Assembly: GCA_030141605.1 (NCBI GenBank)
Contig: JAQGDQ010001094.1
Location: forward strand, 1 to 63,351
Direction of reading: 5' to 3'
DNA: 63,351 nucleotides
Source of the DNA: Tubiluchus corallicola
Lineage: Eukaryota > Animalia > Priapulida
The translations under genes were made by a program, and so were the position numbers. Within the stretch, counting starts at the first letter, position 1. Every line of letters starts with the position of its first letter. The notes below the pieces were generated by a model. It ran no database searches. It was not told the origin of the DNA and saw only the letters and a program-made list of their open reading frames with translations. Of the stretch, positions 23,542-63,351 are shown in pieces.

Positions 23542-24182
23542 ACGCCTATAACAAATGCTTATGGAACAAAGAGGGGTGCCATGGTCTCCATTTGGACAGA
23601 ATCAGAATGTCGGGAGTTTCTAATACAGGAAAGTAGCAAATGAAAGGAAGGCCCAAGCTTCTGATGACATACGAAAGCAGTAATTTTGGTTTTACGTTGT
23701 GATGGACCGATGATTCAAAACTGGTGTGAAATGAAAAGAAGCAGACAACTTCATTCAAGTACCGTCCAAGACAATGTCGTGAATTTCAAGGCACATCAAA
23801 ATTTTGTACCTGTGGCACTTTTACAGCATCTCTTGAGAACAGCTGAAAGGACTGTAAAGATCTGTAATACTGAGGAGTTAAACGAACAGGTGGCATGTAA
23901 TGTAATGTGTAATAGCATTAATAACATTATCATTAATAACAGTAATAAGCTTATTTGCAGTATGTCACGGTACGTCATCTCGCAAGAAAGTTTCATTAAA
24001 AAACACACTACAGGTAAGTTTTATAGTACACCTACCAGTGCTGATATGAGAAAACATACTGAATTACTGAGTTTTGATAACTGAAGCACTTATTGTCCAA
24101 TATGGATGCTTTTCTGAAGACAGAACTACTTGTTTTTCATTATTTAGTTACCCATATGCTCTAAGCATTTACTCAAACCTAC

Positions 24183-24413
24183 TGTTAAATCTTGACATTT
24201 TATGATTGCTTCAGTTTTTTAACATTAATATTCATTAATGCTCTTTTTCAAGTCCAGTGATTATCATATATTGAGGTTGTCTGAGGAGAAGGGGTGAGTG
24301 ACTTTATAAACTGTAATTACAATGGATAGTGACACTGACTTACAGCACTTACCATACTTTCAAACCCTGGTTTCCCAAGACGTAAGTCCATAGGACCTCT
24401 TTTGAGCGTTCAA
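24183..24413 (-). repeat. Inverted local duplicate of 21962-22885 (lacking the MITE), flanked by about 80-bp direct repeats
   Basis: Reverse complement matches 22672-22885 joined to 21962-21988. Direct repeats at 24091-24170 and 24414-24492. Confidence 0.9.
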
Positions 24414-24600
24414 TATTGTCCAATACGGATGTTTTTCTGAAGACAGAACTACTTGTTCTTTATTATTTAGTTACCCATATGCTCTAAGCATTAACTTACA
24501 AATTTGAATCTTGTCTTACCTTCTAAGATATTTTAGAATAGAATTCTATAATATTTTACAATATAAAATTAGACTGTACATCTTTGACACGGTGACTCAC

Positions 24601-24692
24601 AGTTGTGCGATTTCGTTAACTTGGTCCGAATTTTCTAGTTCTGCTACAACACTACAAGGTCCGGACTTTTCTGATATGTCAGTATCTTCAGT
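24601..24692 (-). CDS. Candidate C-terminal tail exon of the K2P channel
   Basis: Strong acceptor TTTCCTTCCAG and donor GTGAGT. Open in phase 0 (TEDTDISEKSGPCSVVAELENSDQVNEIAQ), compatible with the exon ending at 27880. No homology support. Confidence 0.55.
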
Positions 24693-24765
24693 CTGGAAGG
24701 AAACGAAATACTTGACATTCAATCAACATTTAGAATTTAACTAACGTATAACAAGACATAATATA

Positions 24766-25350
24766 GGTTTTACACGTCAAATGTAGACACAGGAAAGTTC
24801 AAATGTGACATATGTAAGTCAAATGTAGATGCAATCAACATTAAGAATGTAGTGAAATTGGTTCCCACTTCCCAATGAACAGTGAATCACTAATTAGTTT
24901 TTTAAGCAATGCATTAGCACTGCATTAATGAATTAGTTTCTCTCAAAAAACATTGTTTATTTTAAGAATGTATTGTTTTCTCTAACAGTTCCAATGGCAT
25001 GTAAAGTTTGCAGAATATTAGTGAACCTATAACGTTGTTATTTTAGCTTAAGAGCAATTATTAAATTGAAATTAAAGAAGATTAAATTTAACATCCTTAA
25101 ACTTTACCACCTATCCACATTGGAGATACCAATGTCACATTTGACTTGACACGTGTCTACATTTGACTTACCAAAAATGCTTAAGATTTCATGAAAACCA
25201 TTGTTAACACATTTGAACTACCTAAGTCTACATTTGAGATACCAAGACACATTTGAATTACCTAAATCTACATTTGAGTTACCAAGACACATTTGAATTA
25301 CCTAAATCTACAGTTGAGTTAACGCAGGTCTATATTTTACATGTAAAACC
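24766..25350 (-). mobile_element. Unclassified MITE, TATA|GGTTTTACA family
   Basis: TIR GGTTTTACAYGTCAAATGTAGAC, TATA flanks, many subterminal TCAAATGT motifs; six copies in the window. Confidence 0.88.
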
Positions 25351-25863
25351 TATATGACATTTCGAAAAATGTTCGTTTTTGTGCTTCTCATCATAAGCCA
25401 ACATGTAATTAATATATCACTCATAAAACAAGGTGCACATAGCAGATAATAACTAGGTTAACGTACAGTTTAAAGAGAAAGAAACGTTTTGAAGTGAACA
25501 CAATGAAGCAAGCGAAGCAACTATCTCTCTCTCCTTGAACTATGGTAAGTGTAAGATTTTTCAAACATAACCGCACAAGACATGTGCTTAGTGACTAGCG
25601 AGATATTAACAGATGAAAGAAATCAGACTCAGAATCGATGTACAAAATTTAAGAATGAAGTACCGCATCACCTGGTAATCAACAGATCACAGTTAAATAC
25701 ATAAAGTTTTACAGCTCACTTCGTAGCTATAAATTAAAAAAATACTATTCTTCACAGTAAATTTAAATCACCGCCCACTACTTACACTGTCCAATGACAC
25801 AGTTGAAATTCTAGTAAAAATACAGAGCAAATAAGGCATATTTTGACACTTTATTTCTTCCAC

Positions 25864-25951
<88 letters not shown>

Positions 25952-25961
25952 TGTGTGTGTG
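25864..25961. repeat. (GT)n microsatellite
   Basis: Directly visible. Confidence 0.97.
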
Positions 25962-26307
25962 CATTAATGAAGTTAATACCAGCAATACAAAATCAATAAA
26001 ACATATTTTTCAATACGACAAAGTGCTGTCACATGTATAATTAGGCACAGCAAAAGAAAACAACTCATGCATTTTTGAGTTACAATACTGTTAGCCCACT
26101 ATTACGCATTTGCTACGTATACATATACACACAATACATCCTCCTTGAATGTAAAGAAAAAATGAATTAGCATCCAGTTGTAAGCCCTTCACCAAAAAAC
26201 TTAGCAAAAAATACATACATTATAAAAAATAAGTTTGTAATATAATGAATGAATAAATATCATGCAAATAAAAAACATATCATGCAGTGGAATTAGTTTA
26301 AACATAC

Positions 26308-26459
26308 ACGGCTTCATCGCATGCATTTAGACACGCAGTAGCTGTACTACCACCAGAAGTTTCTATATCACCTTCAGCCTCCGTCTCCACGGCAACATAT
26401 TTGCCCGGCCTGCCCTCGTCTTTGTTGTGTCTTTTAGTGGAACTCTTTGCGGCAGCGTC
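26308..26459 (-). CDS. Candidate C-terminal tail exon of the K2P channel
   Basis: GC-richer open segment DAAAKSSTKRHNKDEGRPGKYVAVETEAEGDIETSGGST... in phase 0. Weak AAG acceptor, donor GTATGT. Confidence 0.4.
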
Positions 26460-26549
26460 CTTAATAATGCAAGCAACGTTACAAGAAAAACGTGATTATT
26501 GTGGCTTCCTATTTGGGATGATGCATGACGAAATGATACATAAAAAGTA

Positions 26550-26873
26550 CAGCCGACCCTCGTTAAACTGGACCCCGTTAGCCTGGATATCGGATAAGAC
26601 GGACGTCATCCGTGGTAAAGGAAACTGACCGATTTCCGTCCGAGCCCGAGCGCTAAACACAACACGGCCTACCAACTGTACAATAATTTCTTTATCCTCA
26701 CAGGTTAACTATTTTAAAGTAATATACAGTATAGTATATACTGCAATGTATATAGGCCTTATTAAGGTGTTTATTCCTGTATAATATAGACCATATATAG
26801 GCATATCGGATAAATCGGACAATCGGCTAACCCGGACCCCCCCCAATTAGTCCGGTTTAACGAGGGTTGACTG
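26550..26873 (+). mobile_element. Tc1/pogo (Tigger-like) MITE
   Basis: TA|CAGCCGACCCTCGTTAAAC...GTTTAACGAGGGTTGACTG|TA. Confidence 0.88.
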
Positions 26874-27144
26874 TATAGAGAAATAACACTGAATAAAAAT
26901 CGAACAACTTTTGTGCCAAACACTGCAGTTCAAACGGTGTCACCCAAAAAATCTGCTAAACAGTGCTTTGCACATCTATAAAGCAAACCGCAAAATTACT
27001 TATCTCAACAAATTCTGTTTGGATAAATAATGAGATTACAAATAATTTTCAAAGCAAACCAGAAGATAATATAACTAATTCAGCAAATACCTTCGTAACG
27101 CCAGTCTTGACCGCCAACGATTTACCACATTGCAATAAAATTAA

Positions 27145-27682
27145 TCATATATGTTAATTCTACTGGTATCTATATATATTTATATATTTATATATATATG
27201 AGATTCGAGGCTACAGCTTTGACGACGGCATCATTTGCAGCGATCTATACATCAAACAAAAGGTCTCGATCTAGTGTCGTGCCATTAGAGGGACCGAACT
27301 CGCGATTTTTTCAAAATTTTGACCAAATAGCATCTGGATAAAACATGCTGGCGGCGCCTGGTGGGACTCTCGGAAGGAGATATATGGCTCTTTAGAAAGA
27401 CGAAGAACAGGGCTACACGATGATGTGGGCTATATTTTAGTACACGTCCACCAAGAGGAGTACTGACGAGTTAACTAGATGTTCCATTTTCGGCAATTTT
27501 CGCTTGGAAAACTCCTGACGCAAAGCCATTGTTCTGACGTCATCCATTATACTCTGCTTATAACTTTAACTCAGTAAAAGCTGCTACTGGCTTTGCGTTA
27601 TAAATGAGGACTACGTAGGATGTTTGCGTATTTTTGATTATAAGTGGGTTTATAAGCAAAATTTTTGCGGGGCCTTTGCTAG
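27145..27682 (+). mobile_element. Non-autonomous Helitron, same family as 4789-5909
   Basis: A|TC start, (TA)n tract, terminal GCAAAATTTTTGC hairpin plus CTAG; internally deleted. Confidence 0.85.
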
Positions 27683-27879
27683 CATGGCATTAATAAGACA
27701 TATGCTATTACATAGAAAATCTATGCAAATCTATACATTTTTTTCTGCAGAATATATTCGGTACAGCAAATCAGGTTAACATTAGGACAGCGCATTATAA
27801 CAAGGTCCGAACGCATGGGTATCTACAGAAGTGGTTTTTATTCGATTCGTTAAAAATATGAATAGAACTGAAATCTTAC

Positions 27880-39601
<11,722 letters not shown>

Positions 39602-40759
39602 TGTACCCCCTAAAACAAATTAATTTAAAATCCTTAAAAAATTATTATTTAAGCATCTCAACGTAATACATAAATTTAAGTAAAACTAAATTTTTCAAAT
39701 AATTTTAATGGGTCCATTTATTATTAGTTTGCTGGATTACTGCTGTGTTTACCTGCCTTGAATTTTTAATTTTACCTGCCTTGGCTTTCTATTTTAGAAT
39801 TCTGTCTGCAACAGAGCATTAAATCGCGATGACAGGGCTATGCAAACCTAAAAGATATAAATCTTTACTTACCTCCAAAAAAGATTTCAAATGAAGTTGG
39901 AAAACCTTTTCAACGAAAAAGTCAGATTCCTCAGCAGGAAATACTCTTAACCACACAGTAATCAGCTTATCAAGTAATATCCTGAAGTATCTTAAGGAAT
40001 GGCACTCCCACATTCATTCAGTTTCCAATGTGATTTTTCAAGCAGTATAAGAAATCTTGCAGGTCGGGCAATCGAGAGCTGTTACAAATATTACACATCT
40101 ATGGTCGCAAACTAGGAAGAATCAAAATCAATGAAAAATCGTTTTTCCCAGTTTGTAAATTGCTATAAATATTCTAATTTTTTTTAAAATAAAATTAGTG
40201 ATTCTAATTAAGTATAATCGTCTCTTCTACCTTGGCTAAGGTAGGCTAAGAATCACTATTAGAACGGGCAAACTTGTCTAGGACATTTAGGAGGGATTTT
40301 TCAAAGTTAAAACCTTGTCCTAGAACTATAGCAGTAAAATTTAATTGAAGTAGGTAATTGTAGAACTACATATTGCAGAGTAAATTAATTCACTGAAACA
40401 TCTGGACGCAAAACTTTAGCACGATCGCCCAAAGTGTATGAGGCTATGTAGTAACTTAAAAACATCAGGTCTTATTATTTTAGATAACTGGAAAGTTGCA
40501 ACCACATTCATGTAACTGTAATATCTGTGAATCTCAGTTGGAGAGAATGGCGCACATGCCGGGAAAATGAATTCATATCTTTGCGTAATATAGTAGGCAC
40601 ATGTGTGGGAAATCGAATCATTGTGAGTGAACCTATCGTATTCTATGGCATCTATTTGTGAATAAATTTTATTGTTTTAAATAATTATCATGTCTGTAAA
40701 AATAGCCTGTAAGCCAAAGTTTTATTTTGTAAGAACAAACGTTAAATTAATTAAGCTAT

Positions 40760-40870
40760 TGTATTGCGTTGTGTTTTGTTGTGTTGCATTGTGTTGTGTT
40801 GCGTTGTGCTGTGCTGTGTTGCATTGTGTTGTATTGTATTTTATTGTGTTGCATTGCATCGCACTGTATC
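40760..40870. repeat. Degenerate (TTGTG/TTGTA)n pentanucleotide repeat
   Basis: Directly visible. Confidence 0.85.
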
Positions 40871-42303
40871 GTATACCATTATTAGCTGCTTATTGTTAAA
40901 AAACTTGCTATCGTATGAGACCAATTTAAAAATGTCTATTTTTATGCTGTCATTGTGTTTTTGCAGTAAGATTCACGGGCTCATTGTGAAGTGACAATGT
41001 GCAATATACTCACTAATTTGATCATTTTTAGGGTATTCAGTACTTTTATTACGGCTGTCACACTACATTTTCTTATACATGTAATTATGATTGTATGCAA
41101 TCAAACTAGCCGCAATGTCAAGGGACATATTAGACGAAAAAATATTTAATCCGAAGGCGTGCTTATGAATTTAACTAATACTTTAATTTAATGTTTAGTT
41201 AATAAATGCACTAACTATTGCAAAAATCATTATTAATGGGCAACAGCTGGAAGCCATTGATTTGGGTTTTATTAGGTCGATAATACATGAAAATCATAAA
41301 ATGTCTGTAAAATCCTATTAAATCATCTATGAAGATATGCGCAGTAGAGGTCTATATTTACAGATAATCTAAAGATATCGACTATTGTTTTCGAATGAGA
41401 TGCCGTTGTTATGGAGTTATGTTGTTGTTTACCTGTCTGAAGGCAGATTTCTTTTATTTTAGAATTCTGCCAGCCCAATGTCTACAATAGACGTGACGGG
41501 TGTATGATGATGATGATGACGATGATGTTATGGAGGAGGATTTGTAGTTTGCTCAATGTAATTATTTCGGTGGTCTGAGGAACGGCAATATTATGTTATC
41601 ATCCACGTAAGTATGTTTGTCTACATTGAAGCTACAATATTATGGGATACAGCTATTACCCTAATGAGAATCTGATTTAATTCAGTGGTGGATGATGACA
41701 GAGATTTTATTTATTTTTTTATGTTACTTTTTATTTATTATTATTATTATCACATTCAGTACAATATAATGACATTAAGCACACAGTGACATCAAAATTA
41801 TTACATCTACTGTATTAAATTGTTATGTTTCATTCACTATTGTTATCATAAAAGAATAATTGTACTGCAGTGGGGTAGAGAAGCAAAGGCTTGTATAAGC
41901 CCACTGTCATGTCAACCCAACAAAAAAAAGAATGGATGAGTGAACAAAAAAAAAAGAACTGGGAGAAAGGTTAGATCACACAGGAAGGGTAGAAGGATGT
42001 GTTAGTGGAAATGGTAGGAAGAAAGATAATAGATTGTGCTATGTTAACATCAGCTGTAAAGATTTATCAATGATGCCTTGTTTTGCATAATCTGTACCAG
42101 GATTGTGGTAAATAGTGGAATAACAGAAATATAAAATGATGATATATGGTATATATATATATATATATATGGTATGGCCTGCTGAGTCATTAGTGTGACA
42201 TTAATAAATTGTTGCGAGTGGAGAGGCAGCGTGTAGAAGCGTAAAAAAGCGTCAAAAAGCTAGCAAATTGAACTCGTTAACCAATTATATTAACAATTCT
42301 TTA

Positions 42304-42798
42304 GGTTTTACATGTCAAATGTAGACCCTCGTTAACTCAAATGTAGATTTAGGTAATTCAAATGTGTCTTGGTAACTCAAATGTAGACTTAGGTAGTTCA
42401 AATGTGTTAACAATGGTTTTCAACAAATCTTGAACGTTTTTGATAAGTCAAATGTAGACACATGTCAAGTCAAATGTGATATTGGTATCTCAAATGTGGA
42501 TAGGTGGTAAAGCTTAAGGATGTTAAATTTAATCTTTTTTAATTTCAATTTAATAATTGCTCCTAAGTTAAAATAACAACGTTATAGGCCTACTAATAGA
42601 TGCACTATCTTTGGTTTATCTTTTTCTAATTTGCACTTAAAAAACTTAATTACCGATTTATTTAAAGTACCGCATCTACATTTGACTTACCTAAGTCACA
42701 TTTGAGTTACCAAAACACATTCAAAATTCCTATGTCTACATTTGACAGACCTAAGTCACATTTGAATTTTCCTGTGTCTACATTTGACGTGTAAAACC
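42304..42798 (+). mobile_element. MITE, TATA|GGTTTTACA family (short variant)
   Basis: Same TIRs; shares its internal deletion with 52272-52722. Confidence 0.88.
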
Positions 42799-44022
42799 TA
42801 TTGTTTGTTTTTCATAGATTCAATGTATGTATGTCGTATATTCAATTTCTGTTAATAAAATCTCTAAACCAAAGCTGACAAAATTCTAAATTCTTGAGGA
42901 TAATTAAGAAAGACTTTTGTCTATAAAAGTCTCTAGGTCATGTGAAGTCTGTACAAATCACTGACATGATATCAAAAGTTTAATTAATAATGGGTTTGCA
43001 AAATGATTAATAATGATCTTGACATTATAAGATTATAATAATGTATTAACCATCACGGAGATTTCATGTTCAAAATTAACCAAAATAAAAAAATAATATA
43101 TTTTTTTAAAATCACTGCAGTGTGAGTGATCTTGGTTTGCTAGCTGTGAGGGATGAACTATTTTGATCATTGCAGAATGCGGTGCACTAGCGCATAGTAC
43201 AAGGCGCCTGCAATGTAAACAGAAGGTTACCGGTTGAATTCAAAATTTAGTTAATTATGTGTTATAGGTACAAATGTTTTGGTCCATTACACCTTCCCAA
43301 AATAGTATATGCATTAGAAGCCACAATATATTAGACTGTAGTTCAACAAGCTAGACTACTTTTTCTACTCTGACATTGTATAGGTGGAACTTGTTAAGTA
43401 CACACGTCTCTGTTACATTTAAAATTTGACTTATAATTATACTGCTACCTTTTACTGACATTCTGGCTTTTTCTCGACTCAATATTGGACCAACAATGTA
43501 TGTATGCATTTTAGCTTTTTAGTGTAACGTAGTAACCTGTAGCACTTATTTTCTAGCACTTATTTCAGTATTTTTGTAGAGGTAGTAATTGTAGACTACA
43601 GAAAACTTGTATTTTGCAGAATAAACTAACATAGATATGGGAAGGCAGCTTTGGTTTGAGTGTATACATTACATTATGGGTTAATTTGTAACATCATTAA
43701 TGTAGTGAGTGAAGTTAAAATTAATAAATTTTCGTTAGCAAAACCGAAGAGTAAAACATGAAATCAGTTTTTTTGTATTTTATATTATGCATTATTTTTT
43801 GTACAACAGGGGCACAATTATGATCATACAGAACTTACATACATACTATAGTCCTGTAAATGGTCGTACTATAGGTCTTACACAACAAGATCATGGATGC
43901 AGAAGTTACTGAGACCTGCCATCATAGTGCAATTTAAGATAAGTTTCAATTAAGGTCCGGAAGTTGGCACGGAAACAAAATCTCACGTAAAATGTGCGGC
44001 CTATGTGAGGCCTAACTCTTAA

Positions 44023-44477
44023 CCCTTTCATACCAGTTGTATCCCGTGGGATACGAGAATATTCTCTGCCTTTAAAAATAATAAAATTTTAAAACTGACA
44101 ATTATTTGATTTGTTAATAGTTATTTTGATTTAAGTCAATAACAATAGACTAAAAATAGTGATAAAATGGCAAACTAAAAAATCTACATAGCATAAAAAC
44201 TGCGCAAGGTACAGTACCTTAGAGACGACTTTGTACAGATCAGTATAGCGTGCATACTAAATGTCTTAAATACTTTTAAAAAATTATCAGCATTTGCTTT
44301 TTATCGTGTTTAGCAACTATTGAATCCCAATGTATCCCGTGGAATACAGGCTATATTTAGCATGCGGGCACAGGTAGAAAAAATAATTATTATGTGTAAA
44401 CAAGATGGACATACTGAACAAAAGTACCAAGCCAAAAATTTTTTTCTTATTAAAAAAATAATTTGGGACTGAAAGGG
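44023..44477 (+). mobile_element. piggyBac-like TTAA MITE (copy 3)
   Basis: TTAA|CCCTTTCA...TGAAAGGG|TTAA. Confidence 0.9.
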
Positions 44478-45149
44478 TTAATCTATATAAATAAAATAAT
44501 CAGAGCATTCGTAGCACAATTTTCAATAACTAAGCAAAAGTTTAGATTACTTTATATTGTGAATGAGACCAATAATGCGTTTTTTCGTGAATCAGTGGTG
44601 CATGCTGGGATGCCGATGTGGCGCCGTTTTTTAAGATAATTATTAAGAATCTTTTCCAGTTGCATAAGAGTAAAAATAATTCATTGTATTGGTACGTGTC
44701 GTTTTATAATCAGACTCTTCATAGTTTTGTCATTCTTAAAACACCAATAATCAGCTATACACAACCAATACAACGAATTATTTTTACTATAAGTCTTTTA
44801 AACAGATAAGCCGAATTCTAAGCAATATAATTTTGTATGGAAAGTGTAAGGGTATACCTTTCTTTCACCTTTAAGTTTAAGTTAAACAACACTTGTAATC
44901 GCATTGTTACACAACGAAATGTGTGTAGTTCGTCACAATTTAACACATCTGAACTGAGAGGTACAGCACCTGTTTTTGGTGAAATGCAGGCGCTAGTGCC
45001 CGTCTACCGCAGGTCACCGCAAGAATGCCATTGTAAGCCAGATGCTCCATAAAAAAGTGATGTGCCTTATTATATGCCAGTAATTACGATATATAATTTG
45101 TACAAATATACAACTGTACACTTGGGTGAAGGATAAATATATGTTTTAA

Positions 45150-61312
<16,163 letters not shown>

Positions 61313-61391
61313 CTGAAATAGAGAATTTAAGTCAGTTAGACAGGCTAGTATAGGCTGCAGCTTAGGTTCCCTCAAGTTTGGGGGACGGCAT

Positions 61392-61781
61392 ATTCTGTTG
61401 CCATCACAGCACTAGTTGCTGTTGCCATCGCAGCACTAGTTGCTGTTGCCATCACAGCACTAGGACGCGCAAACGATAAATGTGATGACGACGATGACAA
61501 CGATGATAACGATGACGACGTGATGGTGATGATGATGGCAATGATGGTAGTAATTATGATTGTGAGAGACTACTACTTCATGATGCCCAAAGTCAAAAAA
61601 TTCATGTTTGAGTAGCTTTATTACGTTTTATCTGTAAGAAAAATGATAACAAAATATGACAAACTAATTTCAGCCAAAAAAGAAACAAAGAAATTAATAA
61701 TAAAGTGACACTGAATAAACTTACATCATGGCTCTACTACTCTTGACAAATAAATGGTTTAACTGAGACAAACAACAACAA

Positions 61782-61812
<31 letters not shown>

Positions 61813-63351
61813 CTTCTTAGCCAAGAACAGACTGCAAACTAGGCAGGTAAACTTGCTGTGTCAATAGAGCATGACAGAAAGAAGCCAAGTCAAGACATAC
61901 ATACACGAATGCAGTTAAATGACAGTATAGGGGGGGGGGGGTTTACAGAATGAGAGAACACTGAAGTAATAAAATAACCTAAAACCTTTCACAGTGATAA
62001 TGATGACTGTGCTTCTGGTTGTAGAAGAAGAGAGAGAAGAACGAAAATACGTTTGATCAGAAGAAAAAAAATTCTAGACAGAATATGCTGAAGAACACTG
62101 AACACAAATCTTAATTTGATGAACTTTTATTACCATTATTAATTTTCTACAAGTCACACTAGCCAGCTACATCAAGGAACTTTACAAAGCAAAATTAAAA
62201 GCAGAATTCATGTAAAACGAAATAGCAAATCGGCTGCATTTGTTGTTTTTGCTGGCTACGTTACAAATGAAACGTCAAAATTAATGTTCGATTTTACTAT
62301 TGTTATCGTTGTTCGAGTTTGGCAAATGTTTATCCTATTTTAGAGCTGAACTGATGGAAATTTATTCTACAGGAGGTAATGGTCAGGAAGTGAAATTCAA
62401 TGCTGATGGAGACGGTTTGGGATTCTATGACGTATTTCAGTATCAACGCTTACATCAGGGCAAATACGATTACGTCAAATTAGGAGATTGGGCAGGAAGG
62501 TAATGTGATGATCGTCCCCCCCAATAGTTTGAACTAATTACAAACTAATTACAAACTAATTAATAATTTATAGTCCCGTCCAAATAGTAAAGCCTATATG
62601 AAGCTACAATTGTAACTGTAAGGCCTATATCTAGCTACAATTCTAATTGTAAGGCCTATATGTAGCTGCAATGGTAACTGTAAGGCCTATATGTAGCTGC
62701 AAACTGTAAGGCGTACGTGTAACTACAATTGTAGCTGTAATGCCTATATGTAGCTACAATTGTAACTGTAAGGCCTATATGTAGCTGCAATTCTAACTGT
62801 AAGGCCTATATGTAGCTGCAATTCTAACTGTAAGGCCTATATGTACCTGCAATTGTAACTGTAAGGCCTATATGTAGCTGCAATTGTAACTGTAAGGCCT
62901 ATGTGTAGCTACAATTGTAACTCTAAGGCCTATATGTAGCTACAATTGTAACTATAAGGCCTATATGTAGCTACAATTGTAACTGCAAGGCCTACATGTA
63001 GCTACAATTGTAACTGTAAGGCCTATATGTAGCTACAATTGTAGCTATAAGGCCTATATGTAGCTACAATTGTAACTGTAAGGCCTATATGTAGCTACAA
63101 TTGTAACTGTAAGGCCTACATGTCGCTACAATTGTAACTGTGACGGTTCTTGTTGTAACTGTTAGTTTCGGTATCTTGTACAATACGTTTATTGGATAAA
63201 ATTCCACTGATTTTGTTATAGTAATAGTAATGATGGGTGGAAAGGAAAAATAGCCTAAACAGGGGATTTACAAGGGCAAATGCCTCAATGCTGCGAATAT
63301 ATTGTTACGAAGGCAGATTTTGACCAACCCCCTAATGTTAGTAATGGGTAT
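61392..63351 (-). repeat. Right arm of the inverted duplication (runs off the window)
   Basis: Reverse complement of 56958-58926 with scattered substitutions and small indels. Confidence 0.97.
62373..62499 (+). pseudogene. Inverted duplicate of mGluR exon 57951-57825, splice sites intact
   Basis: Same translation GNGQEVKFNADGDGLGFYDVFQYQRLHQGKYDYVKLGDWAG, CTACAG| acceptor and |GTAAT donor; antisense to the host gene. Confidence 0.8.

Noticed and set aside
43180-43245. tRNA-like A/B boxes
   Set aside because: No convincing cloverleaf; at best an old tRNA-SINE head.
62300-62503. Independent small gene on +
   Set aside because: It is the inverted duplicate of an internal mGluR exon and its flanking intron.

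Overview
AT-rich, intron-containing animal DNA, most likely a protostome invertebrate such as a non-insect arthropod (inferred from a DH44-type peptide, a mangetout-like receptor and the 5S-derived SINE head). Five genes were reconstructed by hand with phase-consistent GT-AG exons. They are TXNL4B/Dim2 (+), ZCRB1/U11-U12-31K (-), a CRF-like DH44 neuropeptide precursor (+), a two-pore K+ channel (-), and the 3' part of a class C GPCR of the mGluR group III/mangetout type (-). Introns and spacers are packed with non-autonomous elements: hAT, piggyBac, Tc1/pogo and unclassified MITEs, Helitrons, a 5S-derived SINE, LINE fragments, solo LTRs, a 359-bp TRIM and minisatellites. The most unusual signals are in the mGluR-like gene. 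Its largest exon is preceded by seven tandem, all in-frame copies of its own 3' splice site. A roughly 2-kb inverted duplication carries an antisense copy of one exon and brackets three others. One intron holds a copy of the 3' end of TXNL4B intron 1 from 57 kb away. All calls were made by eye; no database searches were run.
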